Positions 10,526 to 21,224 of a stretch of 64,000 nt of DNA are shown in pieces. The DNA is from Promethearchaeota archaeon (GTDB lineage Archaea; Asgardarchaeota; Lokiarchaeia; Sigyniarchaeales; SOKP01): the NCBI GenBank assembly GCA_016839585.1, contig JAEOTZ010000017.1:1-64000 (forward strand). The letters are read 5' to 3'. Within the stretch, counting starts at the first letter, position 1; each line of letters starts with the position of its first letter. The translations under genes were made by a program, and so were the position numbers. The notes under the pieces were generated by a model that was given only the letters and a program-made list of their open reading frames with translations, ran no database searches and was not told the DNA's origin.

Positions 10526-11566
10526 CTATAATTCTTTAAAATAGGGGATAATTTTATCCCGAAAAATTTCGTAAACTTTGTTAGGGTCAGGTCCTCTATT
10601 CATTATACTAATGTGTGTTGCACCAGCTTCTTTATATTTTTCTATATTTGAAATAACATCGTCTGTTGTACCTAAACAGTTAAAATCCTGGAGAATAGTT
10701 TCAGGTAATCGCTTTAAGTTATTTAGATAATCTGATGTGACATTACTACTTATATCATAATCATGAACATTAAAATTTTCAGGTAGATTTAAATTTGGAT
10801 ATGCTTCATTTGTAATCCAAGAATTTAACAAATAAGAAATTTTAAAGAATTCACATCTTTTTATTGCATTATCAGGATCATTGTCATCTATTGCTACAAA
10901 ACAATCATATACATAATCAATTTCAGAGGGATCCCGACCAGCCTTTTTTGCAGCATTATAGACTTCTGTGTAATTTTTCTTATAGAGCCATGGTGGTTGG
11001 TAAAGCGGATACCATCCATCTGCTAATTCTCCAGTTAATTGACGAGTTTTTGGACCATTAGCAGCAACATAAATCGGTGGATTCTTCTGAACTGGTTTTA
11101 TTTGAATATAAGCATTTTTTATCTCTCCCCAGAATTCACTTATTTTGTTGACTCTTTTCTTAGTCCAAAATTTTCTCATTAATATAATATATTCTCTTAA
11201 TTTTGAAACGGATTTATTTCTATTTAATCCATACATATCGATATTCATTGCTTCACCTGCTCCGAGCCCTATCATGCCTCTTCCATTAGAAATTTGATCT
11301 AAAGTAGCTACTTTGTGTGCCATTAAGGCAGGATGAAAACGATGACAATCAGAAACGCCAGTACACAATTTTATTTTTTTTGTTATCATTGCTAAAGATG
11401 ATAAAAAACAGTAAGCATCATAACAAGTTCCTGGTCCTGGAGGTAACATTGCTGTGTGATCTGCATAAAAAATTCCAAAAAAACCACATTCCTCAGCCCT
11501 TTTTGTTCCTTCGAACATATATTCAAGACGAGGAGTAGGCACAGGAATATGAAAACTAAATCTCAT
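10526..11566 (-). CDS. LLM-class (F420/flavin-dependent) oxidoreductase
   Basis: ADH, ATLDQISNGR..GLGAG, PIYVAANGPK...GELADGW. Confidence 0.9.
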   Translation of the reverse strand: MRFSFHIPVPTPRLEYMFEGTKRAEECGFFGIFYADHTAMLPPGPGTCYDAYCFLSSLAMITKKIKLCTGVSDCHRFHPALMAHKVATLDQISNGRGMIGLGAGEAMNIDMYGLNRNKSVSKLREYIILMRKFWTKKRVNKISEFWGEIKNAYIQIKPVQKNPPIYVAANGPKTRQLTGELADGWYPLYQPPWLYKKNYTEVYNAAKKAGRDPSEIDYVYDCFVAIDDNDPDNAIKRCEFFKISYLLNSWITNEAYPNLNLPENFNVHDYDISSNVTSDYLNNLKRLPETILQDFNCLGTTDDVISNIEKYKEAGATHISIMNRGPDPNKVYEIFRDKIIPYFKEL

Positions 11567-11726
11567 AATTTATTAAATTTATAATATTTTATAAACTTCA
11601 ATTAAACTGTTTGCCTTAATTGTATATTTAAGAAAACCAAAAGCTATATTAAAATTTTAGACCTAATTTAATTATTGTTATAAATAGATTTTAAATGAGA
11701 TAACTATTGTTATAAGTTGTGATTAT

Positions 11727-12851
11727 ATGGACATTAGCGATATAAAAATAGGAACTGAAGGCAGTTTTGTTGGACCGATTGATGAGGGAATTAAAGGCAT
11801 AAAAAGAATTGAAGAAATTGGTTATGATTCGATCTGGATGGCTGATCATATAATGGGTTGGACTCCTGAATCAATTTGGACTCCAGATCTTATTAAAGCA
11901 GCAGCTTTTCAAGAAGATCCCCATTTTTTTCATGAAGTATATTCTATAATGGCTGTTGCAGCATGGAATACTAACAGGGTAATATTAGGCACAAGCGTTA
12001 CCGAAACTTTTAGAAGACATCCTGCAGTTCTAGCTCAAACATTATTAACTCAAGATCGAATCTCTAAAGGTAGAGTAATTTTAGGCATAGGAGCAGGAGA
12101 AGGAGAAAATGTAATCCCTTACGGTATTAAATGGGATAAGCCAGTTAGTAGATTAGAAGAAGCCATTAAAATTATAAGGTTATTGTGGGAAAATTATAAA
12201 AAAGTGAGTTATGATGGAGCGTTTTGGAAACTAAAGGATGCTGTTCTCACAATAAAACCTTACAAGGAAGGAATATACCCTCCTATATGGATTGCTGCTC
12301 ATGGACCAAAAATGCTTGACATAACGGGGAGATTAGGAGATGGATGGTTACCTGCATATTCTGATCCTCCTTCTTATAAGCTTAGATTGGACCATATTCG
12401 AAATTCTGCGAAAAAAGCGGGGAGAAACCCAGATGATATAACTCCTGGTCTTTGGAATTATTTAGTTATTGATGAAGATCATAATGTATGTGATGATTTA
12501 ATAGAGACTCCTGTTGTAAAAAATAATCTATTAACTTTTCCAAATGCAGTCTTTAAAGAATATGGTATTACACATCCTTTTGGGGAAGACTTTTACGGAT
12601 TGCTCGATTATATACCAACACGATATGATCGAGATACTGTTTTAGAAGCAATTAATAAAATACCAAAAAAAATGTGTGATGATAATATAATGCATGGTAC
12701 TCCTGATGAAATAATAAGCAAAATTGAAGAATATGCTAAAGTAGGCTTAAAACATATCGTATTTTATAATACAACGTATTTAGCTGATATGTCGAAAATT
12801 AAAAGCTCATTTAGTTGTATGAAAAAAGTCTTAAATTATTTCAAAGGCTAA
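11727..12851 (+). CDS. LLM-class (F420/flavin-dependent) oxidoreductase
   Basis: GYDSIWMADH, RHPAVLAQ..LTQDRISKGRVILGIGAG, PIWIAAHGPKML...GDGW. Confidence 0.9.
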   Translation: MDISDIKIGTEGSFVGPIDEGIKGIKRIEEIGYDSIWMADHIMGWTPESIWTPDLIKAAAFQEDPHFFHEVYSIMAVAAWNTNRVILGTSVTETFRRHPAVLAQTLLTQDRISKGRVILGIGAGEGENVIPYGIKWDKPVSRLEEAIKIIRLLWENYKKVSYDGAFWKLKDAVLTIKPYKEGIYPPIWIAAHGPKMLDITGRLGDGWLPAYSDPPSYKLRLDHIRNSAKKAGRNPDDITPGLWNYLVIDEDHNVCDDLIETPVVKNNLLTFPNAVFKEYGITHPFGEDFYGLLDYIPTRYDRDTVLEAINKIPKKMCDDNIMHGTPDEIISKIEEYAKVGLKHIVFYNTTYLADMSKIKSSFSCMKKVLNYFKG

Positions 12852-12884
12852 TTATTTTTAAATTTATAATTTTGACATTATAAA

Positions 12885-13763
12885 TTAACTATGATTACGA
12901 TCAGCAATAATAAATACATGATGTTCTGGTACAGCGGGTTCATCAATTCCAACATATTTAGTTTCAATCACCTCAAATCCATATGATTTCAGAAGTTGTT
13001 CCCAAGCTTCCACCCTAAGAAAATTAAGAGGCACATTGATATCTTCATCGCCAATTACTCGATTGTAAAACCAATCAACAAAGCTATTAGTCATCCTTAT
13101 ACAATCTTCCTCAATATAACTTTCTTTGATTACTAAGCGTTGTTTAGTTACTCTCGTTGCTTCTTCTAATAGATGCTTGGGGTCACTTGCATGATGTAAG
13201 ACAGTATATAGAATGGTAGTATCTACTTCTTCATCTGCTAACGGTACTTTACCCTCTGGATTATATAAGATCAATGGCAGGTCTGTATAATTATAATCTA
13301 CAATATCGACTAGTACAACTTCTTTATCAAGCTGTTCTTTTATTTCTAGCGCTAAAAGCCCATTTCCAGCACCAAGGTCAAGTATCTTTTTTCCTACGAT
13401 GTATTCTTTTACTTTTTCAAACCTAATTTTAGCATATTCAAATTCTTTAGCCTTTAGATCTTTTTCATTATCAACATGTCTTCTAATAAACTTTCGTAAT
13501 GTCTCTTCAACTTTAATAAGAGGTAATCCATTTTTTAGACCTTTAGTTATGGTTCTACTTACATATAACCAAAATATATTTCTTTTAAAAGAATTAACTT
13601 TAAGATATTCCATGGCTGATAATAATAATGAACGGATTTCATTCCAATAGAGTTTATTTTTTTCAGTTTTCTTAGAAAATATAGGATATATAATACTTTC
13701 CACAAAATTTATATCATTTTGATTAAGAGGTTTGTGGAATTTTATGGTTTTTATTTGGGTCAT
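12885..13763 (-). CDS. Class I SAM-dependent methyltransferase
   Basis: ILDLGAGNG motif I, VLHH..DP..LL.EA.RV. Confidence 0.85.
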   Translation of the reverse strand: MTQIKTIKFHKPLNQNDINFVESIIYPIFSKKTEKNKLYWNEIRSLLLSAMEYLKVNSFKRNIFWLYVSRTITKGLKNGLPLIKVEETLRKFIRRHVDNEKDLKAKEFEYAKIRFEKVKEYIVGKKILDLGAGNGLLALEIKEQLDKEVVLVDIVDYNYTDLPLILYNPEGKVPLADEEVDTTILYTVLHHASDPKHLLEEATRVTKQRLVIKESYIEEDCIRMTNSFVDWFYNRVIGDEDINVPLNFLRVEAWEQLLKSYGFEVIETKYVGIDEPAVPEHHVFIIADRNHS

Positions 13764-13815
13764 TTATTTTAAACACATCCTTTTAGCAAACCTTTAAGTA
13801 ATATTTTTAAATAAG

Positions 13816-13857
13816 TGAGTATTTACTCATTTATAAACTTTATGAGTAATTGCTCAT
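13816..13857. promoter_or_regulatory. Two palindromic operators flanking a TATA-like box; probable TetR binding sites
   Basis: TGAGTA-TT-TACTCA (13816-13829) and ATGAGTA-AT-TGCTCAT (13842-13857), with TTATAAA (13831-13837) between them, in the divergent methyltransferase/TetR intergenic region. Confidence 0.75.
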
Positions 13858-13871
13858 TTAATATTATTATA

Positions 13872-14486
13872 ATGTCAACTAAAAAATTCTCAAGAAATAA
13901 GCAAGAAAAAATTAACCGGATTTATGATACATTTTTTAAACTAATTTTAAAAAAGGGATATCACAAAACAAGTACAAATCATGTTGCAATATCAGCTAAG
14001 ATTAGTATTGGTACGATTTACAAATATTTTCCGAAAGGTAAAGAGGATATTATAAGAAAATATTTTGAAGAATCGATGGAAACTTTTTTGGATAGTCAGG
14101 ATTTAAGTAAGATGAATGATGAAAATATAAGAGATTTTCTCAATCATTTTGTTTTAGATTTATTTAAGAATCATGAGGAAAATAAAGGATATAATCTAGC
14201 TTTTAGGTCTGCTATACAATCTGATAAACCATTGCATGATTTATACAAAGAGAGGATTATCAATTTTTTTAAAGATACTGTACAGGAATTAAGAAAGAGA
14301 AATGAAAATTTTAAAAAGATATCCGAGAAAAGATTAATTGATGTATTTATCTTCATGTATAATCTTGTTAATGCGATTTTATATCATCATTTATCTATAA
14401 TGGAATTATTTGATACAGATGATAAATTTGTTGAATATCTTTCAAATTTAGTAATTTTTTCATTAAAGTACTATCTTGAAACATAG
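13872..14486 (+). CDS. TetR/AcrR family transcriptional regulator
   Basis: N-terminal HTH GYHKTSTNHVA..AKISIGTIYKYFP.GKEDI; start moved to ATG 13872 because the track start (13815) runs through the operators. Confidence 0.9.
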   Translation: MSTKKFSRNKQEKINRIYDTFFKLILKKGYHKTSTNHVAISAKISIGTIYKYFPKGKEDIIRKYFEESMETFLDSQDLSKMNDENIRDFLNHFVLDLFKNHEENKGYNLAFRSAIQSDKPLHDLYKERIINFFKDTVQELRKRNENFKKISEKRLIDVFIFMYNLVNAILYHHLSIMELFDTDDKFVEYLSNLVIFSLKYYLET

Positions 14487-14513
14487 ATATACTAAATCCA
14501 TGGAACTGAAGAA

Positions 14514-15284
14514 TTATTTAAATCCTTGACAAAAAGAATCTACATTTTTAGGTAATACACTATGATTATAACCTCCTTCTAATAGGGCATACCTTTTACC
14601 TTCGCATAATTCTTCAGAGTATTTTTTCATTAAATTTCCTAATTCATAATAGTCCTCAGGATATAATAAATGGCCCCAATCTTCAATCGCTTGGTCAAAC
14701 CCTGCTGAAGCAACGAAAATATCAATATCATGCAAATCTTGCATATATGCTTTTACTTCTTTTATATAACCAGTTCTACCACTAGAATAGGGATTAAGAA
14801 TTTTAACTCTAAAATCATCATCTCTATTTGTTAGAATATTTATATTTCCATCTCCATTATGAAGGTCGAAATCCAATACAAATGTTGATTTTATTTTACC
14901 CTCCGAATAAAGCTTTAATAAGCTTATACTAATATTATTAAAATAACAAAAACCCCAGCATGAATCAGCTGAAGCATGATGACCAGGGGGTCTTATAACT
15001 GCAAAAGTTGGATTTCCATTATATCCTTCTTCTGCTGCTAATATTGCTCCCCCCGCAGCAAGAGAAGCTAGCTCAAATAATAATCCCTCTCTTTTTATAC
15101 CTTGGACATGCCTATTAGTATGAGCCCTCAAAATATCTTTCTCGGTTGCGGGTTTAGGCATTATTATTTCATATTCTTTATTTTTTGATAGAATATCCAT
15201 TATACCCTCTAAACGTCCAGGAGAAGCAGCAGGATCCCAAGCATATTCTGAATTGTAATATCTCTCATGGAATATAATTTTCAT
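14514..15284 (-). CDS. Histone deacetylase family Zn-dependent deacylase
   Basis: RPPGHHA, GFCYFNN, DFDLHNGDG, SAGFD, LEGGY. Confidence 0.92.
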   Translation of the reverse strand: MKIIFHERYYNSEYAWDPAASPGRLEGIMDILSKNKEYEIIMPKPATEKDILRAHTNRHVQGIKREGLLFELASLAAGGAILAAEEGYNGNPTFAVIRPPGHHASADSCWGFCYFNNISISLLKLYSEGKIKSTFVLDFDLHNGDGNINILTNRDDDFRVKILNPYSSGRTGYIKEVKAYMQDLHDIDIFVASAGFDQAIEDWGHLLYPEDYYELGNLMKKYSEELCEGKRYALLEGGYNHSVLPKNVDSFCQGFK

Positions 15285-15435
15285 TCTGGATACCTCCTTG
15301 ATTAATAGTTAATAACATTGATATTATGATTAAAAATTAGAAATTATCATGATTATAATTACATTTAAAAAAGTATATGATGAATATTATTTTAACTATT
15401 TTCTTAAATTTGAATGGCATTTTCGAAAGAAAAAA

Positions 15436-16530
15436 ATGACAGACACAGAGCAGAATATATATCAAGATTTGCAAAAACACTTAGATCAATTCCCTATAGG
15501 ATTTCCTGCATCAATGTCAGGTGTTGAATTAAGAATGTTGAAACGTCTTTTTACAGAAAAAGAAGCGTTCATAGCAACAAAATTAAGTTGGGATTATGAT
15601 ACACTCGAGAATATTTACAGTCGTTTTAATGATGGGAAAATAGCAATTGAATATTTAGAGCAAACTCTTGATAGTATGATTAAAAAAGGGTTAATAAAAT
15701 ATAAAAAAGAGGATGGTAAAAGACTCTATGCTAATATTCCACTTGTAGTTGGAATTTATGAATATCAAGTAGATAAAGTTACACTAGAATTCTTAGAAGA
15801 TTTTGAGGAGTATTTAGTATCTACATTTGGTGCTGAATTATTAGGTACAAAAATATCACAATTTCGAACTATACCCATAGAGCAGAGTATTGCTCCTGAA
15901 CAGCGTATAGCAAATTATGATGAGATAAGACAAGTAATGGAGAACTCTGAGGAACCTATTGGTGTAGCAAATTGTCTTTGTCGTCAAGCAAAAGATCTTA
16001 TGAGTCAACCATGCAAAAAAACATCATTAAGAGAGAGTTGTTTATATTTTGGAACAATAGGGCAATTATTTATAAATGAAGGTTGGGCACGCTCTATAAA
16101 TATAGAAGAAGCTTTAGAAATATTACAAAAAGCCGTGAATGATGGGTTAATTCTACAATCGGGAAATACAGAGAATCCAGAATTTATATGTACTTGTTGT
16201 GGCTGTTGTTGTATAATTTTAACAAAACTACAAAAGGTTCCGCGACCATCAAGAATCATTCCAAGCAATTTTCATTCAGAGATCAATCCTGACTTATGTG
16301 TCGGATGTGGAACTTGTATCGAACGATGTCAGGTTGATGCTATAAAATTAGTTGATAATATTGCTAAGATTATTCTTAAGCGATGTATTGGTTGTGGAGC
16401 ATGTGTGCCTACTTGCTCAGAGGGAGCAATCAAGCTCAAAAAGAAAGAGGAAGAAGCAATACCCCCTTCTACAAGGGAAGATCTATATTTACAAATCATG
16501 AATAAGAAACAACAATTAAGAAAGAAATAA
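15436..16530 (+). CDS. 4Fe-4S dicluster protein with N-terminal wHTH-like region
   Basis: CLCR, ICTCCGCCC, CVGCGTCIERC, CIGCGACVPTC; likely start ATG 15436 (track start 15349). Confidence 0.85.
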   Translation: MTDTEQNIYQDLQKHLDQFPIGFPASMSGVELRMLKRLFTEKEAFIATKLSWDYDTLENIYSRFNDGKIAIEYLEQTLDSMIKKGLIKYKKEDGKRLYANIPLVVGIYEYQVDKVTLEFLEDFEEYLVSTFGAELLGTKISQFRTIPIEQSIAPEQRIANYDEIRQVMENSEEPIGVANCLCRQAKDLMSQPCKKTSLRESCLYFGTIGQLFINEGWARSINIEEALEILQKAVNDGLILQSGNTENPEFICTCCGCCCIILTKLQKVPRPSRIIPSNFHSEINPDLCVGCGTCIERCQVDAIKLVDNIAKIILKRCIGCGACVPTCSEGAIKLKKKEEEAIPPSTREDLYLQIMNKKQQLRKK

Positions 16531-16549
16531 TAAAATAAGAATTTCTTAT

Positions 16550-17494
16550 TTACATTCTTCTACTTAATTTCTCAATCATATCCTTCGTCATTGATGCAAG
16601 ATTAAAACTAGGATTCCAACCCCATTCTTCACGGGCTACGGAATCATCAATTGATTTTGGCCAAGAATCTGCAATTGCTTGCCTAAAATCAGGTTTATAT
16701 TCTATTTTAAATTCAGGAATATGCCTTTTTATTTCAAACGCTAATTCACCTGCTGAAAAACTCATCCCTGTAACATTATATACTCGTCGTTTTAATTTTG
16801 AATCATCTACTTCTAAAAGATCAATCATACATTTAAGGCAATCTGGCATATACATCATAGGTAAGACTGTATCTTCCTTTAGAAAACAAGTATATTGCTT
16901 TTTCTTAATGGCTTCATAAAAAATCTCAACAGCATAATCGGTTGTACCCCCACCTGGGAGTGTCTCACTACTAATTATACCAGGTAATCTCATTGAACGA
17001 GTATCAAGCCCATATTTTTTGTAATAATATTCTGCTAAGAGTTCGCCAACAACCTTTGTAATTCCATACATAGTGGTTGGTTGTAAAATAGTCTCATTTG
17101 GTGTATTATCTCTAGGGGTTGTAGGGCCAAAAGCGGCTATGGAACTTGGCCATATAATCCTTTCAATATTATATTTTCTTCCAATTTCAAGGACGTTTAG
17201 TAATCCATTTATATTAATATCCCAAGCTGTCTGAGGCATTCTTTCGCCTGTTGCAGAAAGTAGAGAAGCCATAAGAAAAATAGTATTTATTTTATATTCA
17301 TAAATTACTTTTTTAAGAGCATCTATTTCTAAAGCATCTAAATATATTACAGGTCCTGTTTCCTGTATAATTTTTGGGAGAGGTGTTTTTCGACCAGTAG
17401 CAATAACGTTGTCCTTACCATATTTTTCTCTTAATGCTGGAACAAGTTCACTTCCAATTTGCCCAGCAGCTCCAATTACTAAAACTTTTTTCAT
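16550..17494 (-). CDS. tdh: L-threonine 3-dehydrogenase (extended SDR type)
   Basis: GAAGQIG, LLSATGE, PSSIAAFG, YGITK, GGGTTDYA; divergent from kbl. Confidence 0.88.
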   Translation of the reverse strand: MKKVLVIGAAGQIGSELVPALREKYGKDNVIATGRKTPLPKIIQETGPVIYLDALEIDALKKVIYEYKINTIFLMASLLSATGERMPQTAWDININGLLNVLEIGRKYNIERIIWPSSIAAFGPTTPRDNTPNETILQPTTMYGITKVVGELLAEYYYKKYGLDTRSMRLPGIISSETLPGGGTTDYAVEIFYEAIKKKQYTCFLKEDTVLPMMYMPDCLKCMIDLLEVDDSKLKRRVYNVTGMSFSAGELAFEIKRHIPEFKIEYKPDFRQAIADSWPKSIDDSVAREEWGWNPSFNLASMTKDMIEKLSRRM

Positions 17495-17690
17495 TTTAAT
17501 CAGTAAATTATTGGCAGAATTTTAGTATTGTATCATAATTTTATCGCATAAAAAAGTTTTATGACTTTGCTTTTATAGAAATCATTCTTAATTTGATATT
17601 GATAAAACTTTATTTAATAAAAAATATATAAGACAATTACGGTTTAATTAATATATTTTAAATAATATCAAATTATAATATGGTGATTAA

Positions 17691-18878
17691 ATGAAAAGAG
17701 ATCCAGTAGCATTTCTAAAAGAAGAGATGAAGGACTTAAGAAACAAAAATCTTGAATGGATTATTAGATATCTTGAGGAGGGTTCAAAACCCCATTCTGT
17801 AGTGGATGGAAAAAAAGTATTAATGTTAAATACAAATAATTACCTTGGACTTGCATCGCATCCAAAAGTAATACAAGCCGCTCTTGATGCAATAAAAAAA
17901 TATGGTGCTGGTGCTGGTGCTGTCCCCGTTATTGCTGGCTCATTTGATTTAACCAAAAAATTTGAAGAGAAATTTGCTAAATTCAAAGAAGTAGAAGCTT
18001 CATTATTATGTCAAACAGGATATGCCGTTAATTCTGGATTAATACCTATGTTAGTTGGAAAACCAGATATCGTAGTCTCAGATGAATTAAATCATGGATC
18101 TATTATTGATGGTGTTAGATTATCTGGCGCTAAAAGGATAATATATAAACATAGAGATACCTCAGATTTAGAGAATCAATTAAAGGAAGCTGAGAAGGAA
18201 AGAGCAAGAAGAATTTGTATTATAACTGATGGTGTCTTTTCAATGGATGGGGATATTGCGCCATTAGGAGACATCGCAAAAGTTGCAGAGGAATATGGAG
18301 CAATGATTTTCGTTGATGATTGTCATGGAGAGGGTGTTTTGGGAAATGGACGGGGAATTGTAGCTCATTTCAATCTGCAAGGTAAAGTACATGTGGAAGG
18401 TGGCTCGATGAGCAAAGGTTTTGGCGTATTTGGAGGGACAGTTGCAGGATCTAAGGATTTAATAGAGTTTTGTGCAAATAAAAGTCGAACCTATTTACTT
18501 AGCACAGCACATCCTCCCGGAGTAGTTGCTGCTTGCATTGCTTCAATTGAAGTAGTTGAAACTGAACCTGAACATGTTAAAAGAGTATGGGATCATACGA
18601 ATTATTTTAAGAAAGAAGTCCAAAATATGGGTTATAATACAGGAAATTCAGAAACTCCAATAATTCCTTTAATTATAGGGGATCCTGGGAAAGCACAAGA
18701 ATTAGCACGAGTATTATTTGAAGAAGAAAATATATATGGAACACCTATTGTATTTCCTATGGTTGCTAAAGAACTTTCCAGAATTAGAGTCCAAATGAAT
18801 GCGTTATTAACTAAAGACGATTTAAATACTGCTTTAAGCGCTATAGAAAAAATCGGTAAAAAATTAAAAATAATTTAA
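17691..18878 (+). CDS. kbl: Glycine C-acetyltransferase (2-amino-3-ketobutyrate CoA ligase)
   Basis: NNYLGLA, SDELNHGSIIDG, TDGVFSMDG, DDCHG, PLP lysine SMSKG, RIRVQ; paired with tdh. Confidence 0.88.
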   Translation: MKRDPVAFLKEEMKDLRNKNLEWIIRYLEEGSKPHSVVDGKKVLMLNTNNYLGLASHPKVIQAALDAIKKYGAGAGAVPVIAGSFDLTKKFEEKFAKFKEVEASLLCQTGYAVNSGLIPMLVGKPDIVVSDELNHGSIIDGVRLSGAKRIIYKHRDTSDLENQLKEAEKERARRICIITDGVFSMDGDIAPLGDIAKVAEEYGAMIFVDDCHGEGVLGNGRGIVAHFNLQGKVHVEGGSMSKGFGVFGGTVAGSKDLIEFCANKSRTYLLSTAHPPGVVAACIASIEVVETEPEHVKRVWDHTNYFKKEVQNMGYNTGNSETPIIPLIIGDPGKAQELARVLFEEENIYGTPIVFPMVAKELSRIRVQMNALLTKDDLNTALSAIEKIGKKLKII

Positions 18879-18922
18879 AATTATTTTTTTATTCGTTCTA
18901 GAAAAGGCTATTGATTATTATA

Positions 18923-19519
18923 TTATAATGGTTTACATAGTATTGCTTTAACTCGTAATTTATCAAATAAACTAGTAGGTGCTGGCTTAATTAAACAAAC
19001 TGTATCTGCACCACGACCAGTACCTCCTATACAGATTACATCTCTTTCAAGATCATCAATCATTCCTGCATCAACAGCCATAGTAGCAATTTCCATACAC
19101 ACTTTCGTGCCTTGACTAAATTGTTCTCTCAGATATTTAGCTATTAATTCAACTGGACCCCATTGATTTAGAGATCTTCGAATACTCCTTTCAGGACCTG
19201 CTAATGCATGGGTTCCAATAAAAACTTTAACACCTTTTTCCTTTAAAGCAGATATCTTTTCTTCTGGAAATTCTTGTCTCTTTTCAATTCCTACGAAATA
19301 ATACGAGTGTGCTATTACGACTAAATTGTAATCATTTGGATTAAATTTTTCTATTGCTTTCTCTGCAACCATGCCTGTAGTGCTCGCGAGTATGATATCT
19401 TTGATATTATATTGATCAGCATATTTTTTGGCGATTTCTAAGGCTTTATCAGTATTTTCTCTTCCAGGGGTCTCAAAATAAGTAACTTCTATATTTAGAT
19501 CTGGCATATTTTGTCCCAT
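18923..19519 (-). CDS. Pyruvate kinase C-terminal-like alpha/beta domain protein (archaeal)
   Basis: YFETPGRENT, ASTTG, HALAG.ER, GTKVCMEI..MAVDAG, GGTGRGADT. Confidence 0.8.
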   Translation of the reverse strand: MGQNMPDLNIEVTYFETPGRENTDKALEIAKKYADQYNIKDIILASTTGMVAEKAIEKFNPNDYNLVVIAHSYYFVGIEKRQEFPEEKISALKEKGVKVFIGTHALAGPERSIRRSLNQWGPVELIAKYLREQFSQGTKVCMEIATMAVDAGMIDDLERDVICIGGTGRGADTVCLIKPAPTSLFDKLRVKAILCKPL

Positions 19520-19753
19520 CTCTAATAATTAATTTTAATTATTTACTAATTTTAGGTTATTAATCATCAATAATTAAATTTAATCTTATTTTCTTTAGCT
19601 CCTATATAACTCATAGCTGAATTCAAATAATTCTCCGCATTTATTCGACTTTGTTGAAAATAAATTTTAGAAATTATAACAATAGTTTTAAATAAAACAA
19701 AATCTAATACCATTTATTATTAATTTATAAAAAAATCAATTCTAGGGGATTAT

Positions 19754-21160
19754 ATGAGTGAAGAACGTTTAACAAGTACGAAAACTAAACTCCTTTTCGG
19801 AATGAATGCTTTTCCAGATCAATTATCTTATCAAGCTTTCACTATTTATATATTCACTTTTTATTTTTCTGTGATTGGACTCTCTATGGGGGAAATGTGG
19901 CTTGGATTTAGTTTATGGGGTATTTGGAATATGGTAAATGACCCTCTATTGGGTGCGTTAAGTGAAAGAACTAAACAGAAAGGGAAATTAGGAAAACGCA
20001 AGTTTTTTTTAATTATTGCTTTTGTGCCATTAGGGCTTACTATGCTATTATTATTTACAGTTCCAATGAATATAAAGTTCCTTTATTTTATCTTGATAAT
20101 ATTTACATTTGAGTTATTTTACACAATGTTTTCAGTGAATACAAATGCTGTATTTCCCGAGATGTTCCGAACTGATAAAGAGAGAAAAACAACAAATACT
20201 TTTTTGAAAATTTTTACAATGTTAGCTGTAATAACAGCTTCGCTTATTCCAACACTTATTATTGATCCATTGGTTCCAGTTTCTGATCCACCTGATCCAG
20301 CAGAAGTCGCGGATATTCGATCTATGTATGTTACTGCTGGTTTAGTCTTATGCCTTATAGTAATAGTTACGGCAGTTTTCTTTATTATTTCAGTTAAAGA
20401 AAAAGAAGAAGGTATAAGTGATTTTGAAAAAAGACCAGGATTTTTTAAATCTATAAAGATTACATTTTCAAACAAGACTTTTATAAAATTTACTCTAGGA
20501 AACATGCTTATTTGGTATTGCTTTAATGTACTACTAACTGCTTTTCCTCTCTATTCCGTTTTTGTACTTGGAAGATCTGAGGATGCTTTTTTAATTGGAG
20601 TAACCTTGATGTTAGCACTTCTCTCAGCAGCAATCTTTATGCCATTGCACATTAAAATTAGTAAAAAAATAGGTAAAAGGAAAGGTTTAATGGCAGGAGA
20701 ATTAATTTGGATTTTAACATTACTTCCCTTATTATTTTTATCAAATAATGACCTAAGCCGAATTTTGTCACTGGTTGTATTTGTCACTATCGGTTTTGGT
20801 TTATCTGCTGCTTTATTTTACGTTGATCTAATACACGCAGATATTATTGACCAAGATGCCCTTAATTTTGGTGTGAAAAGGGCAGCTAGCTATTATGGCG
20901 TAAATGCTTTTATACATCGATTTTCAATGATACTAGGTATTACTACTATTGCTATTATATTTTCAGGAACGGGCTGGAGTGATTATACACCTGTTACTGA
21001 TGACCCTGATTTAACAATTCTTGGTTTAAAATTGATAATGTTTTTATTTCCTTCGATTGCTCTCATAGGATCATTCTTATGCTTTAGATCTTACGACTTA
21101 CATGGTGAGAAATTAATTCAAATGAGAGAAGAATTATCAAAACATCCAGAATTAAAATAA
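19754..21160 (+). CDS. MFS transporter, GPH (sugar/cation symporter) family
   Basis: WNMVNDPLLG..SE...GKRK, ADIIDQD...KR...YYG; about 12 TM. Confidence 0.9.
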   Translation: MSEERLTSTKTKLLFGMNAFPDQLSYQAFTIYIFTFYFSVIGLSMGEMWLGFSLWGIWNMVNDPLLGALSERTKQKGKLGKRKFFLIIAFVPLGLTMLLLFTVPMNIKFLYFILIIFTFELFYTMFSVNTNAVFPEMFRTDKERKTTNTFLKIFTMLAVITASLIPTLIIDPLVPVSDPPDPAEVADIRSMYVTAGLVLCLIVIVTAVFFIISVKEKEEGISDFEKRPGFFKSIKITFSNKTFIKFTLGNMLIWYCFNVLLTAFPLYSVFVLGRSEDAFLIGVTLMLALLSAAIFMPLHIKISKKIGKRKGLMAGELIWILTLLPLLFLSNNDLSRILSLVVFVTIGFGLSAALFYVDLIHADIIDQDALNFGVKRAASYYGVNAFIHRFSMILGITTIAIIFSGTGWSDYTPVTDDPDLTILGLKLIMFLFPSIALIGSFLCFRSYDLHGEKLIQMREELSKHPELK

Positions 21161-21224
21161 GTAATATTTTTTTTTATTTTTTTTTTATTTCAAGATTTTC
21201 ATAAAGATATAAGAGAATTTTTGT

